Positions 1 to 11,817 are shown, counted from the stretch's first letter. The stretch: 50,654 bases of DNA from Chiloscyllium plagiosum (GCF_004010195.1 NC_057719.1:10141529-10192182); one strand, 5' to 3'. Made by a program: numbers and translations. Notes: generated by a model not told the origin, from the letters alone.

Positions 1-270
1 CTGCACCCTCTCCAAAGCATCCACATCTTTTTGATAATGTGGCGCCCAGAACTGTACACTGTATTCTAAATGCGGCCGAACCAATGTCTTGTACAATTTT
101 AACATGACTTGCCAGCTCTTATACTCAATACCCCGTCCAATGAAGGCAAGCATACTACATGCCTTCTTGACCACTCTATCCACCTGTGCAGCAACCTTAT
201 GGGTACAATGGACCTGCACTCCCAGATCTCTCTGCCCCTCAACTTTTCCCAAGGCTCATCCATTCCTTGT
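1..270 (-). mobile_element. CR1-type LINE fragment (3' part of RT)
   Basis: Reverse strand resembles the C-terminal RT region of the CR1 copies at 37160-38142 (LYKTLVRPHLEYSVQFW-like). Confidence 0.75.
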
Positions 271-1444
271 CTAATTCTCACTGACAAAAGGCGCGTTACA
301 GAAGAACGACGTGTAATGTTGCCACGCATGGTGCCATCTTAGGTACCCAGGTACCTAGGTCCAAAAGAAAACCCTAAGTGCAAAGTAGTAAGAGAAATAA
401 GAGTTAAAAAGTTAAGCAATACTGCGCAGAATAATACACAAATAAATAAATGGGTAATAGTTTGCATTAAGGTCTCTCATAGTTTAAACTTAGAAATCTT
501 GTATGCTGTATCCCTCAATATTCTAAACTCCAGAAAATATAAACTCGATTTACTCGGCCGTTTCAATGTAGGAGAGGTACCTCATTCCATTGACCAAGGC
601 AATCGCTCAAATCTGAAATAAAACAAACACCTGCAGATGCTGGAAATCAGAAACAAAGACAGAAACGCTCAGCAGGTCTCTCCAGCCAATTCTGTTTTAG
701 CTCAAAATTGATTCCTGCTTTTGCACATTTTGAGAACATATTAAACAATATGAGAACGAATGCTCTGATTAACAATAGCGCGGCCCTCAGTAAAACCACA
801 TATCTCTTGCTACAACCTGAACCTGTCTTTTCAAATAAACATTTCTGTATTTCCCACATTATATGGCATTGATTATCATCCAATAAACCTGCAGTGATAA
901 TATCACATCATCAATCTTCGGGACATTGACATACAGCATCCTGTCATGACATGAGTCAGAAAAACAAATGGCTGAAAAATTAAATAAAAATGACTTTGCA
1001 GTATCAATCATAAGCAATAATAGATAGATGGGAATGATTACCAGGCTGCAATCTAATCCAGAGCTCTAAATTTTTCTAGTTCGAACAACAGATTGTTGAA
1101 ATTGATGAAAAAGATGAAATCTCATAATCATCTGAACCCTCCAAAATATGTGAAATCCCCAATCAGATTGTAACCTGTGACAAGTTCTCAATTATCTCTT
1201 ACTGTCCTGAGGAAAGAAAAACTGTAATATAAAGTGAACACAAGTGACTGATGACTCGGAGTGCTCATGTCAAATGGAGGTATGGTCAGCGGGTCCCTTG
1301 GTTTTCAGTGTGAGACATTGTCATTACCTACAATGGCAGACCTGTATTCGCTGCTTACACAAAGTTGGGAGAGAGAGCGACAGCAGTGAAAGCAGGGGGA
1401 GCAAAGTGAGAGACAGAAAATCCTAGCCAGCTGTTAAAATAAAA

Positions 1445-1725
1445 ACATAGAAAACAGGAACAGGAGGAGGCCATTCAGCCCTTCGAGCCTACCCAACTAT
1501 TCAATATGATCATGGCTGATCATCCAACTCAGCTTTCTGCTTCCGCTTTCACCCCAGATCTTTTGATGCCTTCAGCCCTCAGAACTATATCTAACTCCTC
1601 GAGAACATTCAATATTTTGGCTTCAACCACTTACTATGACAGAGAATTCCACAGGCCCACCACTCTCTGGATGAAGAAATTTCTAAATGGCCTACACTCT
1701 ACCCTGAGAGTAACTCCACTGATTG
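1445..1725 (-). mobile_element. CR1-like LINE 3' end (older family)
   Basis: catagaaa..ggaggaggccattcagcccttcgagcct tail, recurring at 18510, 28840, 29740, 32505 and 38258. Confidence 0.6.
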
Positions 1726-1942
1726 TTATAGTCATATAAAGTGGGATGCTGCACCTGAGAATAAAGCTACAGGATCAGCAAGTGTTATCCATACAGGGCT
1801 GTGAAGGTGAGCTGGGAGAAATAATGGAGATATGTTTAAGAAAACATCGATCAGCAACTTTACCTCTAGCTTCGATGAATGTTGAATGTTTGAATATCTT
1901 AAGAGTCGCTGTTTAAGATTAATGAATAGATGAAACTCCAAC

Positions 1943-2780
1943 TTTGAGTACTGTGTCCAGTTCTAGTCTCCCTGTTATAGGAAGGATATTATTAAACTGG
2001 AGAGAGTTCAGAAGAGATTGACCACAATGTTACTGGGAATGAAGGGTTTGAATTTTAAGGAGAGGCTGGGACTTTTTTCACGGCAAAAATGCTGGAGATG
2101 CTGGAGATCAGAGTCTAGATTAGAGTGTTGCTGGAAAACCACAGCAGGTCAGGCAGCATCCGAGGGGCAGGAAAATCGACGATTCGGGCAAAAGTCCTTC
2201 ATCAGGAATGAAGGCAGGGAGCCTCCAGGGTAGAGAGCCCTCCTATTTATCTCTCCACCCCGGAGGGTCCCTGCTTTCATTCCTGATGAAGGGTTTTTGT
2301 CTGAAATGTCGGTTTTCCTGCTCCTCGGATGCTGCCTGACCTGCTGTGCTTTTGAAGCACCACTCTGATCTTGACTGGGATTTTTTTCACTGGAGTTAGG
2401 AGGCTGAGGGGTGACCTTTAGAGGTTTCTTAAATCATGAGGGGTCAGAAAAGGTGAATGGCAGATGCCTTTTCCCCAGGGTAGGGGTGTTCAAAACTAGG
2501 GGGTATATTTTTAAGGTGATAGGAGAAACATTTAAAAAAAGACATGAGGGGTAACTTTTATTGCACAGACTGTGTGGAATAAACTTCCAGTGGAAGTAGT
2601 GGGTGCGAGTACAGTTTAAATATGTAAAAGACATTTGGATAAGTACATGAATAAGAAATGTTTGGAGGGATATGGGCTAAGCACAGGTAGGTGGGACTAG
2701 TTTAGTTTGGGATTATGGTCGGCATGGACTGGTTGGACCGAAGGATGTGTTTCCTTGCTGTATAACTCTCTGACTCTATA
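1943..2780 (+). mobile_element. CR1/HER1 LINE 3' fragment, interrupted by a PLE-derived insertion
   Basis: LEYCVQF..LERVQ..RF motif; 3' UTR ggttggaccgaagg and (ctctatga)-type tail. Confidence 0.8.
2082..2374. mobile_element. Non-autonomous PLE-derived inverted-pair element with two hammerhead-like motifs
   Basis: The two arms are reverse complements and match the terminus of the PLE at 43776. TSD ctggga(c/t)ttttttcac at 2066-2081 and 2375-2390. Confidence 0.8.
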
Positions 2781-3094
2781 ACAAATGCAAATTTTATAAC
2801 ACTGGCCATTTCTGGAAAAGTAAAACTACATATCTCCTGATTCTGAAAGAGAGATGTAATCTGCCAAATAGGTGAACACAAACAACAGATGGACCAAGCA
2901 GTTCACAACAGGATTATGCTCTTGAAATCATCAGGCTCCTGAACACCACTAGCAAATGCAATCATCGGCAAGCACCACTCTTATCAATTGAAATGTTCAA
3001 ATGCCAATGCACAACATTACATTATTGAGGAATGGTTTGGAAAACAGAATTAAAGATGCCACTGGGTCTTGGTCTTAACTTTTGTATTACACAG

Positions 3095-3325
3095 CAACAT
3101 TAAGTAAAATCTGAAAATGCACAGCAGCTCTGGCAACATCTGTTGCAGAGAGGATTTACCCGGTTAAGTTTTCGGATGTACAATCTATTGTTTGGCTCTG
3201 ATTTGACCTGAAACCTGAACTGTTCTTTTCCCCCATCTCTCCACTGGTGCTGCCAGACCTGATGAGAGTTTCCAGCATTTGCTGATTCTATTTCAGACAT
3301 CCAGTCCCTGCAGTATTTTGGTTTT
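3095..3325. mobile_element. Older PLE-derived inverted-repeat element
   Basis: Arms cagcagctctggcaacatctg / gctgccagacctgatgag; same family at 11745, 15350, 26910, 29480, 30440, 32045, 43225 and 46315. Confidence 0.6.
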
Positions 3326-4120
3326 GAACACCATTAAATAACTTAGCTGTATTAGTGACACAAGAAATCAATACTCTCGCCTTAAAGTTTAGTGCAACCT
3401 CACTACACATGAGCTCAAACGGCCATTCATATTACTGGGCTGTATGTCAATTTTGCAACAACATGATAAACCTGTCGAGTGATCCTGCATCATATCTTTG
3501 ATTGGGGCTCGTGGGATATTGCAGTACAGAGATTCCAGAATAGGAAAATACAATATTGTAAATGTCAGACTTCCTATCTGACAATAAATCATAAACCATC
3601 CAACATTTCCTTCAACTCAACACCGGAGGATTGAAGTCAACTTAATTAGTATTTGTCAGAAGCTCTGTACTGTTCCCAGAGACTACCTTCTTAACTGGCT
3701 GCATTTCTTGGCCAAATTAGCTGAGACATAACTTTATTGCCCAGTTCAGTCGAAAGCTCATCTTCCAACCCGATTTCATACTCACTTCTCTCTACTTTAA
3801 TCACACTGCTGTCTTAGCCATAGTTTTATGCCTTGCTACGATGTCTACAGTCTTTCCCTTACTGTTGAACCAGGTTGCTGGATCCAGAAACTTTATTTTT
3901 ATTTCAAAAATATACTTTATTCATAAAGTATTTTGATGGGCTGTACAGTTGGTCATGCCATACATACAGAAACATTCCATTTCTTTGCATACAGAGATCA
4001 GAATTTATCATTAGTATATACCGGTCTGTATGTTTGTCAATCATATGTCCATATATTTAGCTGAGGCGTCAGCAAAGCCCAAATGACTGGGTGGGCCCCC
4101 TGTTCTTAGGCAGGCAGATG

Positions 4121-7100
4121 TTACACGGTGGTCTTTCCCCACCGCACCTTGGCGGCAGCTGCCCCAAGCTTCAACGCGTCCCTCAACACGTAGTCCTGGA
4201 CCTTGGAATGTGCCAGTCTGCAACACTCAGTCGGGGTCAACTCCTTCAGCTGGAAGATCAACAGGTTTCAGACCGTCCAGAGAGCATCTTTCACCGAGTT
4301 GATGGTCCTCCAGGCACAGTTATGTTCGTCTCGGTGTGCGTCCCAGGGAACAGGCCGTAGAGCACGGAATCCTGCGTCACGGCGCTGCTCGGGACGAACC
4401 TCGACAAACACCACTGCATTCCTCTTCAGACTTCTTCTGCATAGGCACATTCCAGAAGGTGATGTGTGACAGTCTCGCCCCCCGCAGCCGCTTCGAGGGC
4501 AGCGTGCAGTGCGGTGCGGCAGAGAGTCCGGGCATGCATAAAAGATCTCACAGGCAGAGCCTTTCTCACCACCAGCCAAGCCATGTCTTGGTGCTTGTTG
4601 GAAAATTCTGGCGATGAGGCATTCTGCCAAATGGCTTTGACAATCTGCTCAGGGAACAGCTCGATAGGATCCGCCCTCTCCTTTTCCCAAAGGGTCTCAA
4701 GGACACTACGTGCTGATCACTTCCTGATGGAGTTGTGGTGAAAGGTGTTTTTCTCCATAAACTTCTCCACGAAGGACAGGTGATACGAAACGGTCCAACT
4801 ACTCGGAGCGTTCCGCGGCAGTGAGGCCAGGTCTATCCTTCGCAACACCGGGGACACGTAGAACCTCAGTACGTAGTGTCACTTGGTGTTTGCGTACCGG
4901 GGATCCACGCACAGCTTGATGCAGCCACACACAAAGGTGGCCATCAGGGTGAGAGTGGCATTGGGTGTATCTTTTCCCCCATTTCCCAGATCTTTATACA
5001 TCGAGTCCCTTCGGACCCAGCCCATCTTTGACCTCCATATAAATTGGAAGATGGCCCGGGTGACTGCAGCGGCACAGGTTCTGGGAATAGGCCAGACCTG
5101 TGCCACATATAACAACAATGACAGTGCCTCACACCTGATGACCAGGTTTTAAACCGCGATGGAGAGCAACCGTAGCTTCCATCTGCCCAGTTTCTGCCTC
5201 ACTTTGCTTATACGCTCCCCCGAGACTTGGCGCACACCCCAGCCCCCTCGAACCAAATACCCAGCACCTTCAGGTGGTCGCCTGACTCCAGATCTGACTG
5301 GGAAGCTATCTGATTCCCACCCGTTGATTGAGACTGCACTGACAATGTTGGTGTAGAGCAGTCTGATCCAATTGCAGATTCCCTCCCCAAAGCCCATTTT
5401 GGAGAGAACATCTCTCATATACCTGTGTGATAACCTGTCACAGGCTTTCTCCTGGTCCAGGCTGATCAGGCAGGTGTCCAACCCCCTGTCCTGCACGTAG
5501 GTGATCATATCCCTGAGGAGCGTGAGACTCTCAGCGATCTTCCTGCCCGGTACAGCACAGGTTTGGTCAGGGTGAATCACCGACCCCAGAGCAGACCTGA
5601 CCTGGTTGGCGATAACTTTTGACAGAATTTTGTGATCCGCATTCAACAGTGAGATTGGTCTCCAATTTCTGAGTTCCTCCCTCTCCCCCTTCCGCTTGTA
5701 GATGAGGGTGATGATGCCTTTTCTCATGGATTCACTCATGGTACCTGCCCGAAGCATACTGACATACACCTCCAGCAGGTCCTGGCCAATCAAGTCCCAC
5801 AGAGCAGAATAGAGCTCGACCGGTAAGCCGTCGCTTCTGGGAGTTTTATTCTTTTCGAAGGACTCGAGGGCCTTGGTCAGCTCGTCCAGAGATAGCGGCT
5901 GGTCCAACCTCTCTCGTGTTCCGTCGGCTACGACCTCCGTGATAGAGGACAGGAACGATTGGGAGGCCGCGCTGTCGGTCGGCTTCGCGTCATACGGACT
6001 GGCATAGAAGGATTTACTGATCCTCATGACGTCAGCCTGAGATGACGTTATCGAGCCATCTTCTTCCTTCAGGCTGCTGAGCACGGAGCTCTCTTTGTGC
6101 ACCTTCTGGAAGAAGAAACATGAGCACGTCTCGTCCTGCTCCACCGAGCGGACCCTGGACTGGAAGAATTTCTAGGAGGCCTCCGCGTCAAAGACCGAGG
6201 CTTGCTGGCCCTTCACCTCCTTGAGGTCCTCTGTGATATCGACCCCCATCATCTGCAGCAGGAGCAGGTTCTGCATACTTTCCTGGAGCTGGGACAGTTT
6301 TCCCCGCCTCTCTCTGATCTCCTGAACACCTTTGAGGATGAAGAACCTTGTGATGTTCCCTTTTACTGTTTCCCACCAGTCCACTGGGGACTCAAAGAGG
6401 GGCTTCATGGTTCTCCAATCTATGTAATCCCTCTTGAGCTCCTCAATGTTACCCAGGGTCAACAGCTTTGTGTTCAGCGTTCCCTTACCAGCCCGCTGCT
6501 CGTCCTGTAGGTGACAGTCAGCCAGCAGGAGGCAGTGGTGAGAGAAGAACACCATCTTGACGTCGGTGGATCTGACCGAGAGCGTTCGGGACACAAACAG
6601 GTAATCTATCCTTGAGCAGATAGACCAGTCTGCCCGTGACCAGGTGTATCTACGCTGTGCTCCATCTGCAGGGGTGCTGAAGACATCGTGCAGCTTGGCA
6701 TCTTTTACCATGTCCATCAGGGCTCTGGACATGGTGTCCAGTTTACTGTCCCCCCCGTCAGATCGTTCATCTGCATCAATGATACAGCTGGAGTCTCCGG
6801 CCAGAATGACCGGCCTGGACGTAGCCAGCAACAGTGGAAGCTGCTGCAGGACGGCCAACCGTTCACTCTTACCCACTGGGGCGTACACATTAATCAGTCT
6901 CAGGGGAGCATTCCTGTACATGACGTCGGCGACGAGGAGGCACCCGCCCACCGCCTCCTTAACCTCGGAGATGGTGAAGTTGCCTCCTTGCAACAGGATA
7001 CCCAGGCCGGAGGCGCGGCTATCGTTGCCCCCCCCGACCAAACTGACGGCCCATGGGTCCACAAGCTCAACCATTTCCTGTAGCTGCTGAGGTGCGGTAT

Positions 7101-7204
7101 CCCACACTCCTGCAGAAACAGGACGTCGGCTTTAACATTGTAGAAACACATTGCGTAGCCGATTTGATGCTACGCACATTGATGCTGGCAACTCTTATCC
7201 CCAT
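4121..7204 (-). pseudogene. Tx1 ORF2: apurinic endonuclease, reverse transcriptase and C-terminal Cys motif; frameshifted and internally deleted
   Basis: MGIRVASINVRS start; LQE, INVYAP, LAGD, RIDY endonuclease motifs; RT motifs NWRPISLLNAD.KIL, HPDQT, LDQEKA.D; C-terminal CPRSGCGG..HL..EC; ends WGKTTV*. Confidence 0.9.
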
Positions 7205-8541
7205 TTTAACAGTTTACAAGGTTAACAGTGTCCATTTACTGCTGGTCTTGCCCCACTGGGGTAGCTGTGTGCATCCCCGTGGTGATGGCAAAATGCTGGA
7301 CCCTCCCAGGGCTGAGGTAGCTGTCCGGCTCCACGCTGGGGCCATTTCCCCGCTCTGGTGTCTTTGGGTCGGGCCCAGGGTCCGCACAGTCCAGTTCTCC
7401 ATCTGACAGCGGGGCTGTCACAGGACCGCTGCCCTCAGTTACCTGGAGCTGTGGGCCGGTGGGTACCTCTTGGTTCTCACCGGGTAGGGGGTGATCTTTA
7501 CCCATCCCCTCAGAGGGATCGTCTTTCCCTGTTTAGGCAGTGCTGCCCTCCTTTCTCCTCGCGGTGCTCTGTCTCTTCCCCTGGTGATGACCCTCCTTGC
7601 GCCAGTCCTCACCATCGGAAGAGCTGCCTGTATCCTCGTCAAGTAGGTAGCGCTCCCCCCTTTAATGGGTGGCTTTGGGGGCCTGGTGAGGTTTCCTCTT
7701 CCTGCTTTTGACAGTAATCCAATCCTCTGCCTCCTTTGTTCCCTCCTCTTCCATTTCCTCTGCCTGTCTTGAAGGAGCTTGGATCGGCTGCTGCACCTCC
7801 CCTCTGTCTGCCGTCTGCTCCACTCCAGCCTGCCCTTCCTTCTGGGTGCCTCCAGGCACCGTTCCCATCCTGTTTTGTGGTACCTTGCTGGTCTTAGGTG
7901 GTCCATGGCTCGTGTTGCCACCTCCAGCCATCTGTGCATAGGTGGCGGCCCCTCATCTTGGGCAGGCCTTGTACATGTGGCCCGCCTCTCCGTGGCCCGC
8001 CTCTCCGCACAGATTACAGTTCTTGGCCTCCTTACATTCCTTGGTTGGGTGGCCTTTCTGCTTGCAGTTTCAACAGACGGTCACCTTACAATCCGCTGCC
8101 ATGTGGCCTGACCTCCCACAGGTTCGGCACACTTTTGGCGGCTCTGCGTATGTCAGGTAACCTCTGCTTCCTCTGATGGCAAAGCTGGAGGGTGGGTGGA
8201 GGATGTTCCCATTGGCATTGACCCTCAGGGTTACCCTGACCTGTCGTGTGTTGGTCCAGATCCCAAAAGGATCGACCACATCGGTGCTTTCTCCCTCAAC
8301 TTGGACGTATCTTCTCAGGAAGGTGAGGACATCTGCTGCTGGGACGTGGGAGTTGTACACATGGATTGTAACACCCTGACTTCTCTTCGCAGGAAGAACA
8401 CATAACGGGACCGTCGACAAGATGGAGAACAGAGGTTCCCCTTCCTTGTCCTTGAAGACCTTCAGGAGCTGCTCACATTTCTTCATGCTCCTGAAGGTCA
8501 CGTCGAAATAGCCTGCCCCTGGGAAATCCTGCACGCAGTAC

Positions 8542-8787
8542 TTTTTTTTAAATTTCAGAAATATACTTTATTCATAAAATAATTTGATGGTCTGTACAGT
8601 TGGTCATGCCATACATACGTAAACGTTTGCATACAGAGATCAGAATTTATCATTTGCATATACAGGTCTGTACGTTTATCAATCATATATCCATATATTT
8701 AGCTGAGGCGTGGGCCCCCTGTTCTTCTTAGGCAGGCAGATGTTACATGGTGGTCTTTCCCCACTGCGCCTTGGCAGTAGCTGCCCC
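8542..8787 (-). mobile_element. 5'-truncated Tx1 3' end (last ORF2 codons, 3' UTR, polyA) nested in host ORF1
   Basis: Highly similar to 3891-4170. TSD aaatcctgca(c/g)gcagtac at 8524-8541 and 8788-8805. Confidence 0.88.
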
Positions 8788-8811
8788 AAATCCTGCAGGC
8801 AGTACACATCC

Positions 8812-9731
8812 TTTTTTTAATTTCAAAATATACTTTATTCTTAGAAATAAATCTTTGGTACTTGTACAATTTGTCATGTCGTTCATAGATATATACATTG
8901 CGTGTCTTAACATTACAAAGAACAGATTGAATTACTCGAATTTATAGTTATCCTGTTTACAGTTCCCTTTATTAACCATCCAGTCTCTTAGTATTTAGCT
9001 GTGGCTTCAGCGGAACCCACCTACTGAGTGGGTGCCCTGTTATACTATAGCAAATGCACCTTTTTTAATCCCAGTGCATGGGGTTACCGTTGTCCATTTG
9101 ACTGTCCTGTCTCTGGGGAAGCTGTCTGCATCCCCATGGTGAGCACGAACTGCTGGACCCTCGCTGGGCTGAGGTAGCTATCCAGGCTCTCATTGGGGTC
9201 ATTTACCTGCTCTGGAGTCATTGAGCCAAGGCAAGGGTCCGCACCGTCCAGTTCTGTGTCTGACAATGGGACTGTCAGAGGATCACAGCTCTCAGTTGTC
9301 TGTACTTGTGGGGCAGTGGGTATCCCCCGGTTCTCACTGGGTGGAGGGTGGACTTCGGGGGGTCTGTTGTTTCCTGGTTGGGAGGAAATGCCCTTCTCTT
9401 TATCTACGGTGCTGATTTTCTCTTCCTGTTTTTAACAGGTATCCACTCCTCTGTCTGCTCGATTACCTTCTCCTCCATTGCTTCCATCTGCCCAGCGAGA
9501 GCTAGGATCAGCTGCTGTGTCTCTCCACTGGTTGCCACCTCTTCCACTCCAGCCTGTTCTTCTTTCTGGGTGCCACCAGACTCTGTTTCCTTGCTGTCTG
9601 GGTGCACATTACTGGTCTTTGGGGGTCCACGGCTCGCATTGCCACCTCCAGCCATCTGTGCATAAGTGGGGTCCCCCCGTCTTGGGCAGGTCTTGTACAT
9701 GTGGCCCGCCTCTCCGCACAGGTTGCAGCTT
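8812..9731 (-). mobile_element. 5'-truncated ORF1-only (HAL1-like) Tx1 derivative nested in host ORF1
   Basis: ORF1 C-terminal half (CNLCGEAGHMYKTCPR...SYLSPARVQQF..MGM, stop at 9084) followed directly by a Tx1-type 3' UTR and polyA. TSD agtacacatcc at 8801-8811 and 9732-9742. Confidence 0.8.
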
Positions 9732-10759
9732 AGTACACATCCGCTGTTTCAAACCTGCAGCACTCCAACAAAATCTTCTTGACAAACACTGTCCGATCGA
9801 CCGGTGTGTGCTCCTCCACCTTCTTCACAGTCACCCTGACTATGTTGCGAATGCCCTGGCCAGGGCTGCGAGCGGCTGCTGAGGCCATAGCTCTGAGGTT
9901 GGCTGGTACCTGAATTGGCGTTAGGCCGAAGCCAGCATAAAGATCCACCAAGAGCAGGTCAGGTCACCACAACCAAACGAACCTTCAATGTCCAATCACG
10001 ATCCAACGATGATCTCCAGCAGCTCTGACGACTCACAACACAAGCCCTGTGGTATCTCCCCCGCCAGCACACGTCCGCTGCGTCGAACCTGCAGCACTCA
10101 AGCAGAATCTCTTCCTCTAGTCCTCAGGAACTACACATATTCCAGGTTGCTGGATCCAGAAATAGCCCCACCAACATTCTGCCTCCAGCCCCTCCACTGT
10201 TACATTCCATGCAAATCCAGTATTGTCATATCATGTGCATACACCTTTAAAGAGGTGCATCTTAAACTCGTATCAATCACTGCATACAACAGCAGGATGG
10301 GATGATTTCTTCCAGGACTCATTAGTCAGTTTGAATCACGAGTGATAGAGATTAGATGTACAATGGTGAGATCCCAGAAAACCTTATCTGTATGTCGTCT
10401 AATTTTAAAATGAATAACTCAATTATCGCTTCACTTATTCTGCTGTGTGATTGGTACTTTTACACTCAATAGATGAATATAACAAGCTCCTTTCATTCCT
10501 TCACACCAAAGTAACAAATCCACAATCTACATTTTAATTTCCTCTCCCTCAATTAAAGATGCAGTCTTTCTCAACATTAAGGGAATCAAGGGGCTAAGTC
10601 AGGAAGGTGAAGTTGAAGAGACTCGCTCTAATTTTTTTGAATGATAGAACAGGCCTTTAAGACACTTCCGTCTCTTCCTGTTCTATAACATTACCCAATG
10701 CTAGCTCAGAAATGTTATCCATCCTCAAGTTCCTCTGCATACCCTCCAACATTGGTTTT

Positions 10760-11010
10760 CTTGTATGTATACCTCATCTTCCTCCCAGTTCACAATCAGC
10801 AGCAAAACCTGCAGCTATTGTAACCTGCCTCTGTGGAACTTGAGTAACTTATTATTTCTCCATTTTGATTCCAAAAGCCTCTACAAAAACCTTGCTATTC
10901 AACCATGCTTTTAGTTACCACTCTAAACACCATCTGGATCAATGTCTGAAACTCTTCAGTAAAGTGGTGCAAAATATTTTTGACATTAAATCTGCTGCAT
11001 CAAGGTTAGT
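10760..11010 (+). mobile_element. Old L2-type LINE 3' remnant
   Basis: Degenerate similarity to the 13030-13440 fragment (ctgtggaac..aaaacc..ttcaaccatgctttt). Confidence 0.4.
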
Positions 11011-11817
11011 TCTTTTTTATACTGTAACACAACAGCCAAGAAATGACAAAGTCTTATAATGAGTGACACAGAATGCTTGACCTTCTTGTAACTTAACCTG
11101 GTAAATCTTCTTTGCTCTGGTGAAGTACCATTCTTCATTCAATTAGTCACATATTTGGCCACAATGTTTTTAAGATTGTTAACAACTCAGAACAAAAGAA
11201 TGTTGGAAATATAAAAAAGAAAAAATTGTGAAAAAAAGACAAAAACATAGATTATTTTACTTAGAGACACAGGGATGGATCTTGACTTTGAATGATGTCA
11301 CAGCTTAGCTACGGGACCCCCACTTTTGGATTTTTATTTTCTATTAGTTTTCATCATTTGAGAAAAGTATCCAATGATCAGTGACATTGTTGAGAGGGAG
11401 CCTGGCCACTAACCACTGCCTAATAGAGAGCAGGGGGAAAGATGATGAACAGAAAAGGGGCAAGTCCAACACTTGATAGTCTGGGAAAAGGCAACTTCTG
11501 GCTTGCTAGGTATCTGCTAGACAATAAATCAGCATGGAGCATTCTGCACAAACCAACTAACACAGCTAGCTCTCATTTGGCGGTTTAAAATTATGCAAAT
11601 CATAAGATAAGAGATTCCACACAAAATTAACAAATCTTACAGATCTCTGTCTTTGCAATAACTGCATGAAGTTTGCAAATTAACAGAACAGATAGGAAGT
11701 CCTGTGCTAACGTCCTCCCTCTGAGCCCTAATTCTACACCAGCACTTCTGAAGGAGGGTCAAATTGTTCTCTAAAGGTTAAACTCTGTTTTTCTCTCCAC
11801 AGATGCTACAACACCTT

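Larger units (their letters stand above)
7236..9888 (-). pseudogene. Tx1 ORF1 (gag-like, ZCCHC3-like, three CCHC knuckles), split by insertions at 8542-9731
   Basis: MASAAARSPGQGIRN...FETADVY (9888-9732) continues as C.QDFPGAGYFDV...CRTCGRSGHMAADC (8540 downward); ends SYLSPGRVQHFA..GM at 7236. Confidence 0.85.
3891..10141 (-). mobile_element. L1/Tx1-clade non-LTR retrotransposon, near full length, decayed, with two nested insertions
   Basis: 5' UTR, CCHC ORF1, APE-RT ORF2, 3' UTR with AATAAA and A-rich tail. Perfect 21-bp TSD ccaggttgctggatccagaaa at 3870-3890 and 10142-10162. Confidence 0.92.

Noticed and set aside
3870..3890. U2 snRNA target (Keno-type insertion)
   Set aside because: Flanks show no resemblance to U2 that I can recognise.
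7236..9888. Host ZCCHC3-like gene
   Set aside because: Lies upstream of an APE-RT ORF inside a TSD-bounded element and is disrupted; it is a transposon ORF1.
11085..11200. Minus-strand exon (NEEWYFTRAKKIYQ) after a T-rich tract
   Set aside because: All three frames have stops between the tract and the putative donor.
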